64,000 bases of DNA, from assembly GCF_934295145.1 (NCBI RefSeq), contig NZ_CAKRAS010000005.1, positions 5,544 to 69,543 on the forward strand, read 5' to 3'. Shown in pieces: positions 57,941 through 64,000 of the stretch (within the stretch, counting starts at the first letter, position 1; every line of letters starts with the position of its first letter). The position numbers and the translations under genes were made by a program. A model generated the notes under the pieces. It saw only the letters and a program-made list of their open reading frames with translations, made no database searches and was not told the origin of the DNA. Source of the stretch: an uncultured Eubacterium sp. GTDB taxonomy: Bacteria; Bacillota; Clostridia; Lachnospirales; Lachnospiraceae.

Positions 57941-59911
57941 ATGAAAAATGCAGATATTAAGTATCTGAAAGTACTGGCAACACAATATCCAAACATTGCG
58001 GCAGCGGCAACAGAAATCGTCAATCTGAAGGCAATCTTGAGTCTGCCAAAGGCAACTGAGCATTTCATCACGGACGTTCATGGGGAGTATGAGCAGTTCC
58101 GCCATGTCATGTGTAACGGTTCCGGTGCCGTACAGCGAAAAATTGAAGATGAGTTTGGAAGTTCTCTGGGCATTCCGGAGAAGCGTACACTGGCAACACT
58201 GATCTATTATCCGGAGCTGAAGATCAAGCAGATCGAGGGTAAGCTGACGATGAGAGAAAATCTGGAAGACTGGTATAAAGTGACGATTTTCCGTCTGATC
58301 CGTGTATGTAAAAATGCGTCATCAAAATATACACGTTCCAAAGTGCGCAAATCATTACCGAAGGATTTTGCGTATATTATCGAAGAACTGATGACGGGAA
58401 GACCGGACGTAGCAGATCAGGAAGCTTATTATAATGAAATTATCAATTCTGTTATCCATACCGGCAGAGCGGCTCAGCTGATTGCGGATTTCTGCTATCT
58501 GATCCGCAGATTTACGGTGGATCATCTGCATGTAGTCGGCGATATTTTTGACAGAGGACCGTATCCGCATCTGATCATGGACGATCTGATGAAACACCAT
58601 TCTGTGGACATTCAGTGGGGAAATCATGATATTCTCTGGATGGGAGCAGCGGCCGGATCTGTGGCCTGTATGTGTAATATGCTGCGTATTTCCGCACGAT
58701 ATGGAAACCTGTCTATTCTGGAAGATGCTTATGGAATCAATATGATCCCGTTAATGCGTCTGGCCATGGACTGTTATCAGGGACATACGAGCAAGACATT
58801 TAATGTCCATGTGCGGGATGATGACAAGGAATACGACCGCGATTATGCAGAGATGGATGCCTTGATGCACAAAGCCATCACGATTATTCAGTTCAAGGCA
58901 GAGGGACAGCTGATCAAAGAGCATCCGGAATGGAATATGAAAGAACGTCTGCTTCTGGATAAGATTGATTACGAAAACGGAACGATCAAATTGAATGGAA
59001 AAGAGTATCCGCTGAATGATACATATTTTCCGACCATTGATCCGAAAGATCCGTATAAATTTTCTCAGCAGGAAGAAGATGTGGTAGAACGTCTGAAAAA
59101 CAGTTTCCTTGGCAGTGAACGTCTGCAGCGACACATTCGTTTCCTGTATACAAAGGGCAGTCTTTACAAAGTATATAATGGAAATCTGCTGTATCATGGC
59201 TGTGTGCCGATGAATGATGACGGCAGTTTTATGAAAGTCAATATTTATGGCAAGACTTACAGTGGAAAAGCCCTGTATGATATTTTGGAGCATTATGCCA
59301 GAAAAGGGTACTATTCCATTGAACCGGCGGAGAAGAAACGCGGCGAAGATATTCTCTGGTTTATATGGAAAAACAAACATTCACCGGTATTCGGAAAAGA
59401 GCGTATGGCAACCTTTGAGCGTTACTTTATTGACGACAAGGAAACTCATGAGGAGCCGAAAAATGCTTATTACCGTCTGTTTGAGAAGGAAGAAATCGTG
59501 GATAAGATCCTAAAAGAATTCGGACTTCCGGTGCAGGGAGCGCATATCATCAACGGTCATATTCCGGTTATTGTGAAAAAAGGCGAATCACCGGTAAAAT
59601 GTGGTGGAAAACTGCTGATCATTGATGGCGGATTTTCCAAGGCTTACCAGCAGAAGACTGGAATTGCGGGATACACCCTGATCTACAACTCTTATGGACT
59701 GGTGCTGGCTGCGCATGAACCATTTACTTCCATGGAAGATACGGTTCTGAATGAAACCTGTATCCATTCTCATATTGTTATGGAACAGAATGTGGTAAAA
59801 CGGAAAACCGTTAATGATACCGATACCGGTAAAGTGCTGCGGGAAAATATCGCAGAACTGGAAGAACTGCTGCAGGCTTATCGAAGCGGTATGCTGGTAG
59901 AGAAGTTCTGA
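57941..59911 (+). CDS. fbp: Fructose-1,6-bisphosphatase, class 3
   Basis: KYLKVLATQYPNIAAAATEIVNLKAILSLPKATEHFITDVHGEYEQF and VVGDIFDRGP blocks, ~650 aa, typical Firmicute class 3 FBPase. Confidence 0.88.
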   Translation: MKNADIKYLKVLATQYPNIAAAATEIVNLKAILSLPKATEHFITDVHGEYEQFRHVMCNGSGAVQRKIEDEFGSSLGIPEKRTLATLIYYPELKIKQIEGKLTMRENLEDWYKVTIFRLIRVCKNASSKYTRSKVRKSLPKDFAYIIEELMTGRPDVADQEAYYNEIINSVIHTGRAAQLIADFCYLIRRFTVDHLHVVGDIFDRGPYPHLIMDDLMKHHSVDIQWGNHDILWMGAAAGSVACMCNMLRISARYGNLSILEDAYGINMIPLMRLAMDCYQGHTSKTFNVHVRDDDKEYDRDYAEMDALMHKAITIIQFKAEGQLIKEHPEWNMKERLLLDKIDYENGTIKLNGKEYPLNDTYFPTIDPKDPYKFSQQEEDVVERLKNSFLGSERLQRHIRFLYTKGSLYKVYNGNLLYHGCVPMNDDGSFMKVNIYGKTYSGKALYDILEHYARKGYYSIEPAEKKRGEDILWFIWKNKHSPVFGKERMATFERYFIDDKETHEEPKNAYYRLFEKEEIVDKILKEFGLPVQGAHIINGHIPVIVKKGESPVKCGGKLLIIDGGFSKAYQQKTGIAGYTLIYNSYGLVLAAHEPFTSMEDTVLNETCIHSHIVMEQNVVKRKTVNDTDTGKVLRENIAELEELLQAYRSGMLVEKF

Positions 59912-60047
59912 GTATAGCATGTAGTGATTCTGAGAAAAAATATACAAAAGAGGAACAGTTGATTTTTTTAATTATGAAAATGGGACGTGTAAACGTCACT
60001 ATTTTATAATTATTTAAGAATTGATTGTTCCTTTTTTATTGACAAGA

Positions 60048-60101
60048 TTACTTAACAGTGTTAACCTTTAACAACAGTTAATGATTAACACTGTTAAGTA
60101 A
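60048..60101. promoter_or_regulatory. Perfect 17-bp inverted repeat, candidate MarR operator overlapping a promoter
   Basis: ttacttaacagtgttaa (60048-60064) and ttaacactgttaagtaa (60085-60101). TTGACA at 60039-60044 lies immediately upstream. Confidence 0.6.
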
Positions 60102-60206
60102 TTGGGTAAGAAGAACACAAGAACAGTTGCGTTCAATATCGCACAACTGGGACAGGGTATTTCTTTTATAAGTTGATACTTGGAAAGGAGGTTTTTTTCG
60201 GGAGTT

Positions 60207-60797
60207 ATGAAAGCGAAAGAAAACAAAGAACAGAAAAATAAAAAAGAGCATTCTGATTTTTCAGATTGCAGGAATCATTTTAAATGCATGGGACAGATGG
60301 ATCACATGGAACAGAACGTGTGGGAAGCATTGCATATGTTTCGAAAGCTGAATATCGGCAGCATTCTGCCGCATCTGAACAAAGGCGAGTTTGTACTGAT
60401 GAATGGTATTTATCATGTGCAGAAGAAGATCGGTTCGGAGCACGGGGTGAAGATGTCAGAACTTGCTGAATATACCCATGCGCTGCCACCGGCGGTGTCC
60501 CGTACCATCAAGGCATTGGAAGAAAAAGGATATGTCAGACGATTTGTGGATCAGAAGGACCGCAGAAATACGCTGGTGGAGATTACAGAAGCCGGACAGG
60601 AAGCTTTAAAGGAATCGAATGACATTATGAATGAATTCATCCGTCGTGTATTTGAAAAAACGGATAAAGAAGAGATGGCGCGTCTGGTAACTTATATTTA
60701 TCAACAGTATGATCTGGCCAAAGAAGAACTGGAGAAGATTCGAGAGGGGCAAAAAAAGAGGAAGAGAGGAAATCACGGAAATGAAGAAAATATTTAA
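60207..60797 (+). CDS. MarR-family transcriptional regulator
   Basis: A winged-helix segment: MSELAEYTHALPPAVSRTIKALEEKGYVRRFVDQKDRRNTLVEITEAG. The start is uncertain (60180, 60207 or 60288). Confidence 0.7.
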   Translation: MKAKENKEQKNKKEHSDFSDCRNHFKCMGQMDHMEQNVWEALHMFRKLNIGSILPHLNKGEFVLMNGIYHVQKKIGSEHGVKMSELAEYTHALPPAVSRTIKALEEKGYVRRFVDQKDRRNTLVEITEAGQEALKESNDIMNEFIRRVFEKTDKEEMARLVTYIYQQYDLAKEELEKIREGQKKRKRGNHGNEENI

Positions 60798-63108
60798 AAA
60801 TATGATTCCGTACTGGAAATCGATCCTTGTGATCGTGGCTGTGCTTGTAATCCAGGCCTATTGTGATCTGGCACTGCCGACCTATACTGCTGACATCATT
60901 GATGTGGGTATTCAGAATAAAGGAATCGAACATATCCTTCCGCAGGAAATGACATCGGAGGAATATGAAAATTCGCAGCTTTTTATGACGAAAGAGGAAA
61001 AGGAACAGTGGGCTTCCGCTTACGAGGCAACACAACATGATACGTATGGATGTTCTGTAACAGACAAAGATACCCTGGCTGAACTGGATTCCGAATTTGC
61101 GATTCCGTTGATCCTGAATTACCAGATGTCTCAGATGGAAGAAGAACAGTTCAAAGAAATGCTGGCAGAGCAGACCGGTCAGGATGTATCCGTATACGAG
61201 CAGATGAGCCTGGAGCAGATCGGGCAGATGCTTGGTGTGGAACTGAAAGTATCGGAAAAAGAAGTTGAACAGGATGATGGAAGTACTCAAACTGTCAACT
61301 GCGTGGATGTTCGCCCAATTTTTGAAGCGATGGTTGCCTCCGGACAGATGGACGAAGGTACGGTGCTTTCCATGCGGGAGTCTATGCAGGATATGGTGGA
61401 TACTATGGGAGAATCGATGATCACTTCCACCGGATCGGCGTATGCAGCTGCCTGTGATGAGGACGCAGGACTGGATCTGGCAAAAATCCAGACGGCATAC
61501 CTGTGGAAAAAGGGATTGCAGATGGCAGGTCTTGCAGCTGCGATGATGGCCTGTGCTATTTTTGTGTCTTATCTGGCTTCCAGAGTCGGTGCAGGCGTTG
61601 GACGCTCCCTGCGTGGCAGACTGTACGAGAAGGTTATGCGATTTTCCAATGCGGAAATGGAGCATTTTTCCACGGCATCCCTGATTACCAGAAGTACAAA
61701 TGATGTGCAGCAGATTCAGATGGTAACAGCCATATTCTTACGAATGCTTGCATATGCACCGATCATCGGTATCGGTGGTATCATCAAAGTCGTGCAGACA
61801 AAAGCAGGAATGGGCTGGCTGATCGTAGTGGCTGTCATTGTGATTTTGGCATTTGTCATGAGCCTGATGAGTGTGGCAATGCCGAAATTTAAACAGATGC
61901 AGGAAAAGGTGGATGATGTCAACCTTGTTTCCAGAGAGATTCTGACAGGATTGCCGGTCATTCGTGCTTTCCGCCGGGAGGACAAAGAGGAAGAACGGTT
62001 TGACGGTGTGAACCGTGAACTGACAAAGACCATGCTTTTTACAAACCGTGTCATGACGCTGATGATGCCCGGTATGATGCTGATCATGTATGCACTGACA
62101 GTAGCTATTGTCTGGGTGGCAGCTAAAAAAATAGATCTTGGAGTGATGCAGGTTGGTTCCATGACTGCATTTATCACGTATGCGATGCTGATTGTTATGG
62201 CATTCCTGATGCTGACAATGATGTCTGTTATGCTTCCGCGTGCCGGTGTGGCAGCAGAACGTATTGACGAAGTGCTGAATATGGATATTTCCATCAAAGA
62301 AACAGAAAAACCGAAACATATTGAAAATGCTTCCGGTATTCTGAAATTTAATCATGTTGACTTCACTTATCCGGGCAGTAAAGAACCGGCAATCTGCGAT
62401 ATTGACTTTACGGCAAATCCGGGTCAGACCACCGCGATCATTGGAAGTACCGGTTGTGGTAAATCGACCATTGTAAACCTGATTCCGCGTCTGTACGATG
62501 TGACAGCTGGAAGTATTATACTGGATGGCACTGATATCCGGGAACTTTCCATGAAAGACCTGCGTCAGCAGATTGGATTTGTACCACAGAAAGGTGTGCT
62601 GTTCTCCGGAACCATCGCATCCAACCTGCGTTTTGGTAATAAAGATGCCAGCGATGCAGATGTACGTCAGGCCGCACAGATCGCGCAGGCAGAAGAGTTT
62701 ATTGAAGAAAAATCCGAAAAATACGATGCACCGATCGCACAGGGCGGAACGAACGTTTCCGGCGGACAGAAACAGCGTCTTGCCATTGCCCGGGCCATTG
62801 CAAAACATCCGAAGATTTTTGTGTTTGATGACAGTTTTTCCGCACTGGATCTGAAAACCGATGCAAAATTGAGAAAAGCACTGTCAGATACCGTTCAGGA
62901 CAGCACTGTGATCATCGTAGCGCAGCGTATCAGTACGATTTTGCATGCGGATCAGATCCTGGTTCTGGATGAAGGCCGCATTGTAGGAAAAGGCACCCAC
63001 GAGGAACTAATGAAAAACTGTACGGTATATCAGGAAATCGCAAAATCCCAGATGTCCGCAAAAGAACTTGGATTAACAGACGGAGAGGAGGCAGAAAAAC
63101 ATGAGTAA
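60781..63108 (+). CDS. ABC exporter, fused permease-ATPase, with large TM1-TM2 extracytoplasmic insertion
   Basis: Walker A GSTGCGKST, signature VSGGQKQRLAIARA and Walker B IFVFDDSFSALD. About 200 acidic residues lie between IIDVGIQNKG and the next TM. Confidence 0.85.
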   Translation: MKKIFKNMIPYWKSILVIVAVLVIQAYCDLALPTYTADIIDVGIQNKGIEHILPQEMTSEEYENSQLFMTKEEKEQWASAYEATQHDTYGCSVTDKDTLAELDSEFAIPLILNYQMSQMEEEQFKEMLAEQTGQDVSVYEQMSLEQIGQMLGVELKVSEKEVEQDDGSTQTVNCVDVRPIFEAMVASGQMDEGTVLSMRESMQDMVDTMGESMITSTGSAYAAACDEDAGLDLAKIQTAYLWKKGLQMAGLAAAMMACAIFVSYLASRVGAGVGRSLRGRLYEKVMRFSNAEMEHFSTASLITRSTNDVQQIQMVTAIFLRMLAYAPIIGIGGIIKVVQTKAGMGWLIVVAVIVILAFVMSLMSVAMPKFKQMQEKVDDVNLVSREILTGLPVIRAFRREDKEEERFDGVNRELTKTMLFTNRVMTLMMPGMMLIMYALTVAIVWVAAKKIDLGVMQVGSMTAFITYAMLIVMAFLMLTMMSVMLPRAGVAAERIDEVLNMDISIKETEKPKHIENASGILKFNHVDFTYPGSKEPAICDIDFTANPGQTTAIIGSTGCGKSTIVNLIPRLYDVTAGSIILDGTDIRELSMKDLRQQIGFVPQKGVLFSGTIASNLRFGNKDASDADVRQAAQIAQAEEFIEEKSEKYDAPIAQGGTNVSGGQKQRLAIARAIAKHPKIFVFDDSFSALDLKTDAKLRKALSDTVQDSTVIIVAQRISTILHADQILVLDEGRIVGKGTHEELMKNCTVYQEIAKSQMSAKELGLTDGEEAEKHE

Positions 63109-64000
63109 TGAAAGAAATATGAATTCCGCTTCCAGACCAAAACGTGGTATGGGAGGACCGATGGGACATGGCCGTGGCATGGCACCGGGCGAGAAAGCCA
63201 AAGATTTTAAAGGTTCTATCGGAAAAATGCTCCGTTATATGGGAAAATATAAGATTGCAGTTGTGTTTGTCATGATCATTGCTGCCTGCTCTACCGTATT
63301 CAGTGTCGCAGGACCGAAAGTACTTGGCAAAGCAACGACTGCACTGGCCAGTGGACTGATGGCAAAAGTTGCCGGAACCGGTGGAATTGATTTTCCCTAC
63401 ATTGGAAAAATCCTGCTGTTTGTACTTGGTTTATACCTGCTTAGCTCTGTCCTGAGTTTTATTCAGGGATGGATCATGACCGGCATCACACAGAAAATCT
63501 GTTACCGGATGCGAAAAGAAATTACAGAAAAAATCAACCGTATGCCGATGAAATATTTTGAGAGCCGTACTTACGGTGAAGTGTTATCCAGAATCACGAA
63601 TGATGTGGATACCCTTGGTATGGGCTTAAACCAGAGTGTGACGCAGATCATTACATCCACAGCAACGATCATCGGTGTCCTTGTTATGATGCTCAGCATT
63701 TCTCCGCTGATGACCCTGATCGCGCTGGTTGTGCTTCCGGTCTCCGGAATCTGTGTTTCCCTTGTTGTCAAAAAATCACAGAAGCATTTTATCACGCAGC
63801 AGGAATACCTTGGGCATATCAATGGTCAGGTTGAGGAAAGCTACGGCGGTCATCTGGTCATCAAAGCATATAACAAAGAAGATGAGATGATTTCCCAGTT
63901 TAATCAGACCAATGACGTACTGTATGCTTCAGCATGGAAATCCCAGTTCCTTTCCGGAATCATGATGCCGATCATGCAGTTTATCGGAAACCTCGGTTAC
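63101..64000 (+). CDS. ABC exporter permease-ATPase, partner subunit (3' end beyond window)
   Basis: ATG at 63101 overlaps the upstream stop by 8 nt. The frame is open to the window end (MSNERNMNSASRPKRG...YKIAVVFVMIIAACSTVFSVAGPKVLG...). It is not in the supplied track because it has no stop. Confidence 0.8.
   Translation, partial: MSNERNMNSASRPKRGMGGPMGHGRGMAPGEKAKDFKGSIGKMLRYMGKYKIAVVFVMIIAACSTVFSVAGPKVLGKATTALASGLMAKVAGTGGIDFPYIGKILLFVLGLYLLSSVLSFIQGWIMTGITQKICYRMRKEITEKINRMPMKYFESRTYGEVLSRITNDVDTLGMGLNQSVTQIITSTATIIGVLVMMLSISPLMTLIALVVLPVSGICVSLVVKKSQKHFITQQEYLGHINGQVEESYGGHLVIKAYNKEDEMISQFNQTNDVLYASAWKSQFLSGIMMPIMQFIGNLGY

Noticed and set aside
59948-60038. Possible complex terminator after fbp (aggaaca...tgttcc with a T-run, plus an inner gacg/cgtc hairpin).
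   Set aside because: The pairing is imperfect and long-range (a loop of more than 50 nt). I could not convince myself of a stable structure by eye, so I did not list it as a feature.
60637-62808. Two large minus-strand ORFs (342 and 356 aa) opposite the ABC transporter gene.
   Set aside because: They are Cys/His/Phe-rich and low in complexity, with no recognisable motifs. The plus strand has unmistakable Walker A, signature and Walker B motifs and a TM pattern.

Overview
The window looks like a Firmicutes/Clostridia chromosome segment from a spore former. My guess is Lachnospiraceae-like, based only on protein flavour, and I cannot verify that here. I saw no rRNA, tRNA, CRISPR array, transposase or integrase.

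Bases ~1-42,000 are an accessory cell-surface region.
(a) There is a 5'-truncated GtrB-like glycosyltransferase gene.
(b) Two back-to-back Wzx/Wzy-type glycopolymer loci follow on the + strand. Locus A spans 3014-18837 and locus B spans 18841-30890. Each opens with a Wzz/CpsC-like protein fused to a degenerate kinase-like domain.
(c) Locus A carries a teichoic-acid-like module. It contains a TagF-family transferase, two LicD-family transferases, a class-V aminotransferase, a TagD-like cytidylyltransferase fused to a Gfo/Idh/MocA-like oxidoreductase, a GNAT and a membrane acyltransferase.
(d) Locus B carries a choline activation module: a LicC-LicA fusion, a second LicC and a BCCT transporter.
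(e) Five secreted enzymes carry long arrays of a divergent choline-binding-type repeat (NGWW...GKVDF, ~20 aa). They are a metallophosphoesterase, an L,D-transpeptidase, a SASA/SGNH esterase, a GH25 muramidase and a GH73 glucosaminidase.

The most interesting candidate system is this combination: a phosphocholine and possibly amino-polyol-phosphate decorated wall glycopolymer encoded next to its apparent cognate repeat-anchored remodelling enzymes. The fused cytidylyltransferase/oxidoreductase with the aminotransferase and GNAT is the least explained part.

Bases ~42,000-64,000 are ordinary housekeeping. They include spoVAD/AE, guaB, a His6-type hisA, glnA with an ANTAR regulator, dapF, dapL, typA, a CobO-like gene, a lysine riboswitch with dapA-dapB, a class 3 FBPase, and a MarR with a heterodimeric ABC exporter.

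All functional calls come from motif recognition by eye in the supplied translations. No database search was run.
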